Source of the DNA: a bacterium
GTDB lineage: Bacteria; Zhuqueibacterota; Zhuqueibacteria; Residuimicrobiales; Krinioviventaceae
Assembly: GCA_963675755.2 (NCBI GenBank)
Contig: CAXXMD010000001.1
Span: 127,209-191,208, forward strand
Reading direction: 5' to 3'
DNA length: 64,000 nt
The position numbers and the translations under genes are program-made. The notes below the pieces were generated by a model, which was not told where the DNA came from, searched no databases, and worked only from the letters and a program-made list of their open reading frames with translations. The stretch's first letter is position 1. Each line of letters begins with the position of its first letter. Below are positions 1 to 10,258 of the stretch, in pieces.

Positions 1-900
1 CTTGTAGATAAAGTTGTTGAGGCGCTTGATGTAGGTAGTGCTGAAATAATTGTTGATGCCACATTGGGTGATGCCGGATATTTTTTGAAAATTATAGAAA
101 AGATGCCCGAGGCGGGCAAAGTGATCGGGTTTGATCAGGATATTGAAGCTATAAATAGAGTAAAAGCCCGGTTAGGTTCTTTGATAGACAGGTTGATGAT
201 TGTACAGGACAATTTTAGGAATATTGCTCCTGCGCTAAATATGCTTAATGTTGGCAAGGTGGATGGTGTGGTTGCAGATTTGGGCGTTTCCCGGTTGCAG
301 ATTAGTGATCCTGAACGTGGATTTATGTATATGGCTTCCGGTCCCTTAAAGATGACTATGAATCCTGATGCGGGTTTGGATGCTGAGCAGGTAGTGAATA
401 CTTTTGAATTAAGAGAGCTCACCCGGATTTTTAGAGAGTATGGCGAAGAGCGGGAAGCGTTTCGCATTGCAAAAGCAATTATTAGGCATCGTGAAGGCAA
501 AGTGATTAGGACTACTGATGAGTTGCGGAGCGTTATTCAGCGAGTTGTTGGTAGAAAGTATGAGATAAAATCATTTGCGAGGATTTTTCAGGCAATCCGT
601 ATTTATGTGAATGATGAATTGGCAAGTTTGAACGAGTTTCTTCCTGCTGCAACGGATTCGTTAAAAAGCGGTGGAAGGTTGGTTATTGTCAGCTATCACA
701 GTCTTGAGGATCGAATTGTGAAGCAGTTTATTCGTAAACAAGCTGATCCTTGCGAGTGCCCTAAAGAATTGCCGCATTGTGTTTGTGGCAAAAAGCCTGT
801 ATTAAAACCTATTGGTAAATTGCTGAAAGCGGAGGATGCTGAGATAAAATTGAATCCCAGTGCCCGTTCAGCAAGATTGAGAATTGCAGAAAAAGTGTGA
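1..900 (+). CDS. rsmH: 16S rRNA m4C1402 methyltransferase RsmH (MraW), 5' end cut by window edge
   Basis: Frame 1 is open from nt 1 (LVDKVVEALDV..DATLGDAGY). RsmH hallmarks DLGVSRLQISDPERGF and VSYHSLEDRIVK are present. First gene of a dcw cluster. Confidence 0.92.
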   Translation, partial: LVDKVVEALDVGSAEIIVDATLGDAGYFLKIIEKMPEAGKVIGFDQDIEAINRVKARLGSLIDRLMIVQDNFRNIAPALNMLNVGKVDGVVADLGVSRLQISDPERGFMYMASGPLKMTMNPDAGLDAEQVVNTFELRELTRIFREYGEEREAFRIAKAIIRHREGKVIRTTDELRSVIQRVVGRKYEIKSFARIFQAIRIYVNDELASLNEFLPAATDSLKSGGRLVIVSYHSLEDRIVKQFIRKQADPCECPKELPHCVCGKKPVLKPIGKLLKAEDAEIKLNPSARSARLRIAEKV

Positions 901-905
901 GATAG

Positions 906-1217
906 ATGGCTGTTACCATAAAAAATAGTGTCAGGCGTAAAAGGTTGATGAAAAAGTATGTAATACATGCTTTTATTGCTTTTTCCGTCTTTAGCCTGGT
1001 TAAGGTTTGGCAGAATGTAAGTGTGGGACAGTTGAATAGACGTAATGTTAAAATGAGTCGTGAATTACAGCAATTGGAATATGAAAAAGCAGTTTTGACG
1101 GATAAAGTAGAAACATTAACCCACGTTGACCGGATTGAAAGAATTGCCAAAGAAAAGCTGGGTTTTGTGCCTGCTGAAAAGATTAATATGAAATTAAAAG
1201 ATGAAGAAAATAAATAA
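906..1217 (+). CDS. ftsL: cell division protein FtsL
   Basis: 103 aa with one N-terminal TM helix (VIHAFIAFSVFSLV), then a coiled coil ending ..VDRIERIAKEKLGF. Canonical slot between rsmH and ftsI. Confidence 0.7.
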   Translation: MAVTIKNSVRRKRLMKKYVIHAFIAFSVFSLVKVWQNVSVGQLNRRNVKMSRELQQLEYEKAVLTDKVETLTHVDRIERIAKEKLGFVPAEKINMKLKDEENK

Positions 1218-1220
1218 TAT

Positions 1221-3344
1221 ATGAATCGATCCGGTGAAAATTTTTGGAGATATAATTTTTTCCGTTATAGCGCGCTTTTGTTCATGTTTTTGCTCGTTGG
1301 GCGGTTGTTACAGATCCAATTCTCTGAAATGGAGGGTGTGATGGAAAATGTAGAAAATCCATGGACCAAAAAAGTTGTCATTCCGCCGGAACGCGGCAAG
1401 ATTGTAGACAGAAATATTAAATTATTGGCATTTAATATTCCAACAATAAATGTTGTTGCTGATCCGCATATTGTTGGAAATAAACCGGATGTTGCATCTA
1501 AATTGTCTACGGTTTTGGGGGCTACCAAGCGCGAGCTGTTGAAAATGTTGAATGAAAGCGGCAAGTATGTAGTTTTGGCCCGTAAACAACCTTTTGAAGT
1601 AAGAGAGAAAATTGAAAAACTGAATATAGCGGGAGTCAAGTGTGAAATTGCAATGACCCGCAAATATCCTCAAAAAAATATAGCCAGTCAGTTACTGGGA
1701 TTTACAGATGTTGATGGTGTTGGTATTAGTGGTCTTGAAAAATCTTTGGATTATTCATTGCGAGGCGTACCAGGTAAAATGCTGTACCAAAAAACGGCTA
1801 CCAATGATTTCTTTAATCATCCGGATTACCCAATCATTCCGCCGGAAAATGGGCAGGATGTGGTTTTGTCTATAGATTATCGGTATCAGCATATTGCGGA
1901 AGAAGAGTTGTTAGCGACAATTAATACTCACAAGGCAGAAGGCGGTGTAGCCGTAATTATGAATCCCAAGACCGGTGAAGTGCTGGCAATGGCATCGGAA
2001 CCTGGATTTGATCCGAATCATGCAAATCAATATGATGCAAACTGCTGGCGATTACGGGCAATTACCGATGCATTTGAACCCGGCTCTACATTCAAGCTAG
2101 TTTTAATGTCTGCGGTATTGAATGAAGGTTTGCATACACCCGATGATCTCGTGTTCTGTGAAAATGGAAAATATGAATTGATGGATGTGAGGATACCAGA
2201 TACTTCACCACATGCCTGGTTGACATTGCGTGAGGTTTTGGTACACTCTTCTAATATTGGTGTTGCCAAGTTGGCAATGGATATTGATAAACGTACATTG
2301 TACGAGTATGCAAGAGCTTATGGCTTTGGAAATCGTTACGATTTTGATATCATAGGCGAGCGTGAAGGTATTTTAAAGCCAGTTAAAGACTGGTCTGGTG
2401 TTACTCCTGCATTTATGTCAATTGGTCATGAAATTACAGCCACCTCGCTGCAAATGTGCAATATGTTTTGTGCAGTTGCAAATGGTGGGTATTTATTAAA
2501 TCCTTCAATTATTAAAGAAATTCGCAAAGATGGGCAAACACTTGTAAAAACCAAACCCAAAGTGATCCGCAAGGTGATTTCAAGTACAACTGCAGATACT
2601 TTGAAAAATATTATGCGTGATGTGGTAATAAAAGGTACGGGTACCAATGCTCAGATTGCGGGAATGAATATTTGTGGTAAAACCGGTACTGCCCAGATGG
2701 CCTATACCACTGGAAATCGTGTAGGGTATCAAAAGAACAATTATATTGCCAGTTTTGGTGGCTTTTTCCCTGAAGAAGATCCAAAGCTTGTAATTTTTGT
2801 TATGGTTGAAAAACCCCGTGTTGGTTATTATGGTGGAACTATTTCGGCACCATGTTTCAAAAGAATTGCTGAACGTATTATTGATATTGAAGGTCGCGAT
2901 TATTTTATCAAATCTGATGATGATTTGGAAAATAGTAAAAATGACGGACCTGTTATTGTTCCGAATCTGGTAGGAACGCCCAGAGATTATGTAAATGATA
3001 TGGTTGTAGATGAGCATTTTATTGCAAATATATCTGGCTCCGGAGATGTAATTCTCTCTCAGGACCCGAAACCCGGTACAGAGTTTCAAGAAACAAAAGA
3101 GTTGTATCTTTCAGCAACGGATACAAAAGTGCAGGATGATTCAACAGTGCCTGATGTAACCGGTCTTCCATTACGTAACGCACTGAATGTTTTATCTTTA
3201 AAAGGAATATCAGTTGTTGTTGAAGGCTCTGGTAAAGTGGTTAAGCAAATTCCCAAAGCAGGCAGTACATTGAAAAACAAGGAACAAGTTTTACTGCATT
3301 GTGAAACCGCGATAAATTTAAAAGATTTGATTGTAATGAATTAG
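1221..3344 (+). CDS. ftsI: class B penicillin-binding protein / peptidoglycan D,D-transpeptidase FtsI with two C-terminal PASTA-like repeats
   Basis: 707 aa with an N-terminal TM helix. Transpeptidase motifs STFK (EPGSTFKLV), SSN (HSSNIG) and KTGT (CGKTGTA). The C-terminal ~130 aa form two PASTA-like units. Confidence 0.9.
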   Translation: MNRSGENFWRYNFFRYSALLFMFLLVGRLLQIQFSEMEGVMENVENPWTKKVVIPPERGKIVDRNIKLLAFNIPTINVVADPHIVGNKPDVASKLSTVLGATKRELLKMLNESGKYVVLARKQPFEVREKIEKLNIAGVKCEIAMTRKYPQKNIASQLLGFTDVDGVGISGLEKSLDYSLRGVPGKMLYQKTATNDFFNHPDYPIIPPENGQDVVLSIDYRYQHIAEEELLATINTHKAEGGVAVIMNPKTGEVLAMASEPGFDPNHANQYDANCWRLRAITDAFEPGSTFKLVLMSAVLNEGLHTPDDLVFCENGKYELMDVRIPDTSPHAWLTLREVLVHSSNIGVAKLAMDIDKRTLYEYARAYGFGNRYDFDIIGEREGILKPVKDWSGVTPAFMSIGHEITATSLQMCNMFCAVANGGYLLNPSIIKEIRKDGQTLVKTKPKVIRKVISSTTADTLKNIMRDVVIKGTGTNAQIAGMNICGKTGTAQMAYTTGNRVGYQKNNYIASFGGFFPEEDPKLVIFVMVEKPRVGYYGGTISAPCFKRIAERIIDIEGRDYFIKSDDDLENSKNDGPVIVPNLVGTPRDYVNDMVVDEHFIANISGSGDVILSQDPKPGTEFQETKELYLSATDTKVQDDSTVPDVTGLPLRNALNVLSLKGISVVVEGSGKVVKQIPKAGSTLKNKEQVLLHCETAINLKDLIVMN

Positions 3345-3351
3345 GATTAAT

Positions 3352-4416
3352 GTGAGTAACCTGAATCTGACAATTTCTGAAATACTGCAAATTAAAGCAA
3401 TTTCAATTGCCTGGAATGGAAATGTGTCTATCCCTGAGGGTTTTGTTCGACAAATCAGTACTGATTCAAGAAGTCTTGAAAAAGGTGATGTATTTGTTGC
3501 GATTGAAGGTGAACGCTTTGATGGGCATGATTTTGTGAAACAGGCTACAGAAAGTCAGGTTTCTGCTTGTGTTGTTTCCGAGAAATGGTACAGTTTGAAT
3601 TCTAAAGATTTTGACAACTCGGGTTTTCTTGTTGTTCAGGATACTTTGGAAGCATATCAGGAAATTGCACGATTTTATAGAATGAAATTTAATATTCCTG
3701 TTGTGGCAATTACCGGAAGTAGTGGAAAAACCACAACAAAGGAATTTGTTGCGAGTGTATTGTCACAAAAATATAATGTATTGAGCAATATTAAATCTTT
3801 TAATAATCATATTGGTGTTCCGGCAACATTGCTGAACCTGAGACCCGAACATGAAATACTGGTAACAGAGCTGGGAACCAATCATTTTGGTGAATTGGAT
3901 CGTCTCAGCTACCTTGTAGAACCTTCTGTTTGTCTTTTTACCAATATTGGTTATGCGCATTTGGAGTTTTTTAATGATAAGCAGGGTGTAGCCAAGGCGA
4001 AAATGGAAATGCTCAACAGCATGCAATCAGATGGATTGATTATATATAATGCTGATGATCCTGTTCTGGCTGGATTAACCTATCCATCAAATAATTTGAT
4101 GTCATATGGTATAAGCAAAAATGCTAATGTGTCTGGTCAAATTTTGGATTGTGATGCTCTTGCTAAATATAGATTTGATCTTTCCGGTACTTTGGTGCAG
4201 TTGTCCGTACCAGGTAGTCATAATGTTTCAAACGCATTGGCAGCAGCGGCAGTGGCAAAACATTTTAATGTTGAAAACCTCAAGATCAAAGCCGGGATAG
4301 AATCTTTTGATTTTGTTGAAAAACGCATGCATGTGGTTGAGCATGAATCAATGCGAATTATTGATGATACTTATAATTCAAATCCCGTAGCTGTATGGCA
4401 GCAATTGATACATTGA
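3352..4416 (+). CDS. murF: UDP-MurNAc-tripeptide--D-Ala-D-Ala ligase MurF, N-terminal fragment (frame ends just after the DDTYNSNP motif)
   Basis: GTG start. Mur ligase P-loop ITGSSGKTTTKE and MurF-type DDTYNSNP. The ORF stops 10 codons after that motif while the protein continues in another frame. Confidence 0.85.
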   Translation: MSNLNLTISEILQIKAISIAWNGNVSIPEGFVRQISTDSRSLEKGDVFVAIEGERFDGHDFVKQATESQVSACVVSEKWYSLNSKDFDNSGFLVVQDTLEAYQEIARFYRMKFNIPVVAITGSSGKTTTKEFVASVLSQKYNVLSNIKSFNNHIGVPATLLNLRPEHEILVTELGTNHFGELDRLSYLVEPSVCLFTNIGYAHLEFFNDKQGVAKAKMEMLNSMQSDGLIIYNADDPVLAGLTYPSNNLMSYGISKNANVSGQILDCDALAKYRFDLSGTLVQLSVPGSHNVSNALAAAAVAKHFNVENLKIKAGIESFDFVEKRMHVVEHESMRIIDDTYNSNPVAVWQQLIH

Positions 4417-4754
4417 AAGATATGAAAGTCGGATTAAATGGACGGCGTATTGCCATTCTTGCAGATATGAAGGAATTGGGTCAGTTTTCAATTGATGAAC
4501 ATGTGAACATTATCAAATATGCAGGAAGCAAGGATATCGATGCATTATTTCTATTCGGAAGTGAAATGGAAAAAGCTTTCGAATTGGTGGATAAGCATGG
4601 ATTTGATTTTTTAGGCCATTTTCAGGAAAAATCCGGTTTGATTGATACATTAAAACAATATGTGGCTTCTCATGATGTGTTGCTCGTCAAAGGGTCTCGT
4701 TCCATGCATATGGAAGAAATTGTTGAAAATTTAAAATCCATAGAGGAAGTGTAA
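4395..4754 (+). CDS. murF: MurF C-terminal fragment (Mur ligase domain 3), in a different frame from the N-terminal fragment
   Basis: This frame is open from 4377 and reads ..SRSCMAAIDTLKD.., which matches the S-M-x-AA-I/L segment that follows NxNP in MurF. Ends ..LLVKGSRSMHMEEIV and abuts the mraY ATG. Confidence 0.8.
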   Translation: MAAIDTLKDMKVGLNGRRIAILADMKELGQFSIDEHVNIIKYAGSKDIDALFLFGSEMEKAFELVDKHGFDFLGHFQEKSGLIDTLKQYVASHDVLLVKGSRSMHMEEIVENLKSIEEV

Positions 4755-5840
4755 ATGCTGTATTATTTACTAACACCTTTACGCGATCAATTTATTGGCT
4801 TTAATCTGTTCCGGTATATTTCTTTCCGGGCTGCACTAAGTGTGTTCTTTGCATTTCTTATCAGTGTTTTGTTGGGCCCTGTAATTATACGAATGCTGAA
4901 AAAACATCAGATTGGTGAAGAAATAAGAAATGATGGTCCGGAATCTCATTTGAGCAAGCGCGGTACCCCTAGCATGGGTGGTTTGATCATTATTATCAGT
5001 GTGTTAATACCCACATTATTATTTGCCAAATATATGGAAATGTATGTTTGGTTAATTTTGCTGGTAACACTTGTGTTGACCGCAATCGGCTTTATGGATG
5101 ATTATTTAAAAATTGTAAAAAAAGAGCCCAAAGGTTTAATCGCTCGTAAAAAATTACTATTTCAGATTTTACTTGGTCTGGTTGTAGGTGTTCTTTTATA
5201 CTTTTTCCCTCCAGTTGAAAGTGCCAGAACAGTTTCAACAGTACCGTTTTTCAAAGATTACGAGTTTAATTTTGGAATTTTTTATATACCCTTTATTGCA
5301 TTTATTATCACTGCTACATCGAACAGCTCGAACCTTACTGACGGATTAGATGGATTACTCGCAGGCTTGAGTGCTGTGGCGGCTTTAGCATTTGGTGCTA
5401 TTGCCTATGTTTCAGGCCGTGTAGATTTTACGGACTATTTGAACATTATCTATTTACCAGGTGCGGGAGAAATTGCTATTTTTTGTGCGGCTTTGTTTGG
5501 CGCCTGTCTTGGATTCCTCTGGTACAATACGTATCCTGCACAGGTCTTTATGGGCGACACCGGATCTTTGGCGCTAGGCGGTTCCATAGCAGCCATATCA
5601 ATTCTGGTTAAAAAAGAATTCTGGTTGTTGTTCATCTGTGCCATTTTTGTTATCGAGAGCTTGTCTGTAATTATTCAGGTAGCATATTTTAAAAGAACAG
5701 GTAAACGTGTTTTTCGGATGGCGCCCATTCATCATCACTTTGAATTGAAACCTCTGGCAGAACCCAAAGTTGTTGTAAGGTTCTGGATTGTAGGTATATT
5801 GCTGGCATTATTAACACTTGCAACCTTTAAGATAAGATAA
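4755..5840 (+). CDS. mraY: phospho-N-acetylmuramoyl-pentapeptide transferase MraY
   Basis: 361-aa polytopic membrane protein with [24 protein letters not shown] and PIHHHFE motifs. Confidence 0.96.
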   Translation: MLYYLLTPLRDQFIGFNLFRYISFRAALSVFFAFLISVLLGPVIIRMLKKHQIGEEIRNDGPESHLSKRGTPSMGGLIIIISVLIPTLLFAKYMEMYVWLILLVTLVLTAIGFMDDYLKIVKKEPKGLIARKKLLFQILLGLVVGVLLYFFPPVESARTVSTVPFFKDYEFNFGIFYIPFIAFIITATSNSSNLTDGLDGLLAGLSAVAALAFGAIAYVSGRVDFTDYLNIIYLPGAGEIAIFCAALFGACLGFLWYNTYPAQVFMGDTGSLALGGSIAAISILVKKEFWLLFICAIFVIESLSVIIQVAYFKRTGKRVFRMAPIHHHFELKPLAEPKVVVRFWIVGILLALLTLATFKIR

Positions 5841-5848
5841 ATATAGTT

Positions 5849-7105
5849 ATGTTGGATTCGTTTAAAAAAATAGATTTTTCAAGAGTAGATTATATCCTGT
5901 TATCCAGTGTTATGTTTTTACTGGTTTTGGGAGCGGCTATTGTTTTTTCTTCAAGCTCTTATCGTGCTGACCAGTTGACAGGTGATAGCGCATATTATTT
6001 TAAAAACCATATGATCAAGGTTATTATTGGCTTGATATTTTTAGCTGTTTTGATTTTGGTGGATTATAAGGTGTGGCTCAACATATCTCCAATATTGTAT
6101 TTAGGAGCTATAGTTTTGTTGGTTACTCTTTTTCTTCCATTGCCTATCGTAATCAGTAAAAATGAAGCATCTCGATGGTTAGGCTTGGGTCCATTTACAT
6201 TTCAACCCTCTGATTTTGCCAGATATGTTCTTGTTTTCCTGATGGCCAGACTATTGTTTGAAAATAAAGAATACCTTGAAACCTGGAAGGGATTTCTTGC
6301 CCATATATTGGTTGCTGGTGTCATAATTGTGTTGATTGCTGCAGAAAAAGATTTGGGCACGGCTATCATGGTTACCATTATTGTATTTAGCATGTTTTTT
6401 CTCGCTGAAGTAAAATTTATCTATATTTTATCATTGGGAATGACAGCTATTACAGCCGGTTTGGCGTATTTGGTACGTAATCCTTATATGTTAAAACGTG
6501 TTTATTCTTATATCGATGTGTCTATAAATAACAATTTCAGCGACTATCAATTACAACAATCTATAAATGCCTTTCGTTTTGGTGGTATCTTTGGACGTGG
6601 TATTGGTAACAGTATCCAAAAATACGAGTTTTTACCAGAAGCTCATAAAGATTTTATTTTTTCGGTGATTGGTGAAGAATTGGGTATGATTGGCGCTATT
6701 GCTGTTCTGGTTTTGTTTTTTGTTGTTATGTACCGTGGATTTCAAATCGCTAAAACAGCACCCGATGGTTATGGTAGATTACTCGCAGGTGGTATAACCA
6801 TTTGTATTGGATTATATGCTTTTTTCAATGCCGCTGTGACTTTGGCAATTTTACCCACGACGGGTATACCCATGCCATTTATCAGCTATGGTGGTTCAGC
6901 TATGGTAACACACCTTGCCGCTATCGGAGTGTTAATTAATATATCGTCGCAGAGCCGGAAATCGTTTATGAACTATCCGAGCCGATCCACCTATCAAAGC
7001 AGGATCAGCAGGTTGAACGTGAATGCTTCAACAGCAACACCCAAGCCAAGAAAGCGAAAAAAATATAAAAGACGTCCTGCACCACAGTACAAGGTTGGAA
7101 TGTAA
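5849..7105 (+). CDS. ftsW: SEDS-family peptidoglycan glycosyltransferase FtsW
   Basis: Multi-TM protein with PEAHKDFIFSVIGEELG and PTTGIPMPFISYGGS motifs. dcw position. Carries a ~50-aa basic C-terminal tail (PKPRKRKKYKRRP). Confidence 0.9.
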   Translation: MLDSFKKIDFSRVDYILLSSVMFLLVLGAAIVFSSSSYRADQLTGDSAYYFKNHMIKVIIGLIFLAVLILVDYKVWLNISPILYLGAIVLLVTLFLPLPIVISKNEASRWLGLGPFTFQPSDFARYVLVFLMARLLFENKEYLETWKGFLAHILVAGVIIVLIAAEKDLGTAIMVTIIVFSMFFLAEVKFIYILSLGMTAITAGLAYLVRNPYMLKRVYSYIDVSINNNFSDYQLQQSINAFRFGGIFGRGIGNSIQKYEFLPEAHKDFIFSVIGEELGMIGAIAVLVLFFVVMYRGFQIAKTAPDGYGRLLAGGITICIGLYAFFNAAVTLAILPTTGIPMPFISYGGSAMVTHLAAIGVLINISSQSRKSFMNYPSRSTYQSRISRLNVNASTATPKPRKRKKYKRRPAPQYKVGM

Positions 7106-8235
7106 TGAACAATGGCGCTAATAAAAAATCTTTTATTTTTGCCGGTGGTGGAACAGGTGGCCATTTGTATCCTGCTATTGCCATAGGTCAGCGACTGTTA
7201 GAGTTGGAGCCGGAAGCGCAGATACATTTTATTGGTACTGACAAAGGATTGGAAAATAGAGTAATACCGGAAATGGGATATCCGTTACATAAAATTGCAG
7301 TTCGTGGATTTTCCAGAAAGAATTTATTTGCAAATGTTGGCGTCATTATACGGTTAATTTACAGCTTGTTTCAATGTGTTGGCCTTTTAAAGAAAATTAA
7401 ACCTTTGGCAGTAATTGGTACGGGTGGTTATGTAAGCGGTCCCATGTTATTTACAGCTAATTTAATGGGATACCCAACGCTGATACAGGAGCAGAACAGC
7501 TACCCGGGTGTTACTACCCGCTTACTGGCAAAAAAAGTTGAGCAAGTGCATCTAAGTTTTAAAGAGTCATTCAAGTTTTTTAAAAATCAAAAAAATTTGC
7601 ATTTGACCGGTAATCCTGTAAGAAAATTTGATCTGAGCATTGGGCCTGAAAAAGCAAGATCATTCTTTAATTTAGCACCTGAAAAGTTGACTGTATTGAT
7701 TTTTGGTGGTAGTCAGGGTGCTTTGGCAATAAATAAAGCTTTTGCAAATTCAATTGACAGAGTATTGGCTGAAACTGATGCTCAGTTTATTTGGCTCAGT
7801 GGTAAATATAGTTTTGAAATGGCAAAACAAAGTGTAAAGGGACATAAATCCCGAATTTATTTGACAGAATATCTTGATAATATGAATATGGCATATAATG
7901 CATCTGATCTGGCTACAAGTCGTGCGGGAGCTATTGCATTATCTGAATTGGCAATATGTGGTTTGCCATCAATATTAATTCCTTATCCATTTGCGGCAGC
8001 GGATCATCAATCGTTTAATGCACAAACATTTGAAAAAGCCGGTGCAGCACTTGTTCTAACGGAAACAGAGATTGAAAATAATACAGAATTATTTGCAAAT
8101 ACAATAGTTGAATTGATTAATAATAAAGATAAACGTGTAAATATGAGCCAGGCAGCAAAAAAAGTGTCATTTCCGGATTCAGTAGATAAACTGGCAGAAT
8201 CAATTACTTTAATTAGTAAACAAGGAAACAGGTGA
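7105..8235 (+). CDS. murG: UDP-GlcNAc:lipid I N-acetylglucosaminyltransferase MurG
   Basis: N-terminal GGGTGGHLYPA motif, ..IGTGGYVSGP.., ..SRAGAIALSEL... Start overlaps the ftsW stop by 1 nt. Confidence 0.94.
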   Translation: MNNGANKKSFIFAGGGTGGHLYPAIAIGQRLLELEPEAQIHFIGTDKGLENRVIPEMGYPLHKIAVRGFSRKNLFANVGVIIRLIYSLFQCVGLLKKIKPLAVIGTGGYVSGPMLFTANLMGYPTLIQEQNSYPGVTTRLLAKKVEQVHLSFKESFKFFKNQKNLHLTGNPVRKFDLSIGPEKARSFFNLAPEKLTVLIFGGSQGALAINKAFANSIDRVLAETDAQFIWLSGKYSFEMAKQSVKGHKSRIYLTEYLDNMNMAYNASDLATSRAGAIALSELAICGLPSILIPYPFAAADHQSFNAQTFEKAGAALVLTETEIENNTELFANTIVELINNKDKRVNMSQAAKKVSFPDSVDKLAESITLISKQGNR

Positions 8236-8239
8236 TATT

Positions 8240-8962
8240 ATGGATTTTATGTTTCTCGGTAAAAAAGTATTGTTTTTCAGCCTGGCCCTGCTAACCGGTT
8301 TGTTCATTACACAGGCAATTATAGAAGCGCATTCGCCAGAACCCGAAAGTTTTGATGATGTTGTATTGATTGAAAATAATATAGAAACAGTGGAGGAAAA
8401 AGAATCAGTTAATACCCTGATCCGGTCAAGTATTCAGGAATGGGTAGGTGAAACAGATGATAATATGGTATCTATAAATTCACCTGTAATTTCAACCGTT
8501 CTAGAATCAAGAAATGAAAAAGGGACTCCCTTTGCCTATGTTTCTGCTAACAGAATTTATATTGTAGATCAAAAAGGCAAATTGCTGGCCCCGGCTGATT
8601 CGCTTGGATTTCATGATCTACCAGTTATTTCGGGCGATTCTCTAAAAATTTATTCGTCTACTTTAAGACTTGCCGGAAACGGTGTTAATGATGCGTTAAA
8701 TCTGATAAAAAATGCACAAAAACAAGGTACTATTGTATACAGTAATCTTTCGGAAATCAATATTCATCCAAAATTGGGATTGGTTGTATATAGCAATATT
8801 TCCAAAGGATTGCCATTAATTGTAGGAAGTGGAAGCATAGAAAAAAAGATTCGGAACTTGAGATCCTTTATTCAGGAATTTGGAGATTCAAAGTTACTGA
8901 CCCAAACCCGTTATCTGGATTTACGTCTGGATGGACAAATTATTCTTAAAAAACGGGTGTAA
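8240..8962 (+). CDS. ftsQ: FtsQ-like cell division protein (called by position and topology)
   Basis: 240 aa with an N-terminal TM helix (VLFFSLALLTGLFI). Segment ..IYIVDQKGKLLAP..FHDLPVISG.. resembles the POTRA/FtsQ pattern. Located between murG and ftsA. Confidence 0.55.
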   Translation: MDFMFLGKKVLFFSLALLTGLFITQAIIEAHSPEPESFDDVVLIENNIETVEEKESVNTLIRSSIQEWVGETDDNMVSINSPVISTVLESRNEKGTPFAYVSANRIYIVDQKGKLLAPADSLGFHDLPVISGDSLKIYSSTLRLAGNGVNDALNLIKNAQKQGTIVYSNLSEINIHPKLGLVVYSNISKGLPLIVGSGSIEKKIRNLRSFIQEFGDSKLLTQTRYLDLRLDGQIILKKRV

Positions 8963-8999
8963 AAAATCTATGTCAAGAACAACGTAGTGGGGTAACATT

Positions 9000-10244
9000 A
9001 TGGAAGCTATGGATATAATTACCGGTCTTGATATCGGTACAACAAAAATTGGTTGTTTTATAGCAGAAATCAGTCCAACCGGTAGATTGAAAATCATCGG
9101 TGTGAGCACTGTACCTTCTGATGGTTTGCGATATGGAGTAGTCGTTGATATTGATAAAACCGTCGTGTCAATTCGTAATGCCATTAAAAAAGCTGAAGAA
9201 ATGGCAGGCATTGAGGTAGATCTGGTTTTTGCTGGTATTGCGGGAGACCATATTCGCAGTATTAATGGTAGAGGAGTAGTTGCAATATCCGGAGAAAATG
9301 GTGAAGTGTCATCAGATGATGTTCGCCGGGTTATAGACGCTGCAAAAGCAGTTGCGCTGCCTATAGACAGAGAGATAATTCATATTTTGCCGCAAGAATT
9401 TATCGTTGACGATCAGCGTGGTATTCGTGACCCGGTCGGTATGAAAGGTGTTCGCCTTGAAGCCGAAGTTCACATTGTTACCGGTGCTATTGCATCTGCG
9501 CAAAACATTCATCGGTGTATTGAACGCGCGGGCTATGGAGTCGCGGATCTTGTTTTGGAACCGCTGGCATCTAGTTTTTCTGTACTGACTGATGATGAAA
9601 AAGAATTGGGTGTAATTCTTATAGATATTGGCGGCGGTACCAGCGATATAGCCATGTTTTATGAAGGTTGTATACGTCATACCTCTGTTGTGGCTTTAGG
9701 CGGTAGGAATGTAACCAATGACCTTGCAATTGTATTAAGAACACCCCTTGATGCGGCTGAAAAATTAAAAATCAATCATAGCAGTGTGCTTCACGAAGAA
9801 GATGATAAAGACAAAATTGTTGAAGTAGCTGGCGTGAATAACCGTGCACCCCGCAAGATTTCTAAAGGACTGTTGGTTGATATTGTTCAACCTCGTCTGG
9901 TTGAGATTTTGACGCTCTGTTATGAAGAAGTACGCAAGTCAGATTACATTAATTTAATGACCACAGGACTGGTACTTACCGGTGGTGGTTCTATGATACC
10001 AGGAACAGTTGAACTTGCTGAAGATATTTTTAATATGCCTGTTAAAATTGGTATTCCCCAGGGTTTTTCAGGTCTTGTAGAAGAAGCCCAGAATCCCAAG
10101 TTTGCAACAGGTGTGGGACTGGTTCAATATGGCTATTTGCACCACGGAGAAATATTTGAAGCACTGGAAGGTGAAGAAGGAATTTTTGATTCCATTAAAA
10201 AACGTTTTCGTCGCTGGTTCAGTAGTGTAACCACTATGTATTAA
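9000..10244 (+). CDS. ftsA: cell division protein FtsA (actin-like ATPase)
   Basis: LDIGTTKI and IDIGGGTSDIA phosphate-binding motifs, LTGGGS, and a C-terminal amphipathic helix (FDSIKKRFRRWF). Confidence 0.94.
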   Translation: MEAMDIITGLDIGTTKIGCFIAEISPTGRLKIIGVSTVPSDGLRYGVVVDIDKTVVSIRNAIKKAEEMAGIEVDLVFAGIAGDHIRSINGRGVVAISGENGEVSSDDVRRVIDAAKAVALPIDREIIHILPQEFIVDDQRGIRDPVGMKGVRLEAEVHIVTGAIASAQNIHRCIERAGYGVADLVLEPLASSFSVLTDDEKELGVILIDIGGGTSDIAMFYEGCIRHTSVVALGGRNVTNDLAIVLRTPLDAAEKLKINHSSVLHEEDDKDKIVEVAGVNNRAPRKISKGLLVDIVQPRLVEILTLCYEEVRKSDYINLMTTGLVLTGGGSMIPGTVELAEDIFNMPVKIGIPQGFSGLVEEAQNPKFATGVGLVQYGYLHHGEIFEALEGEEGIFDSIKKRFRRWFSSVTTMY

Positions 10245-10258
10245 AATTGAGGTTTATA

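Noticed and set aside
4377-4416. Programmed ribosomal frameshift in murF
   Set aside because: There is no slippery heptamer, internal SD-like stimulator or downstream structure. A single extra C in the CCC run restores the frame, so an indel or assembly error is the simpler explanation.
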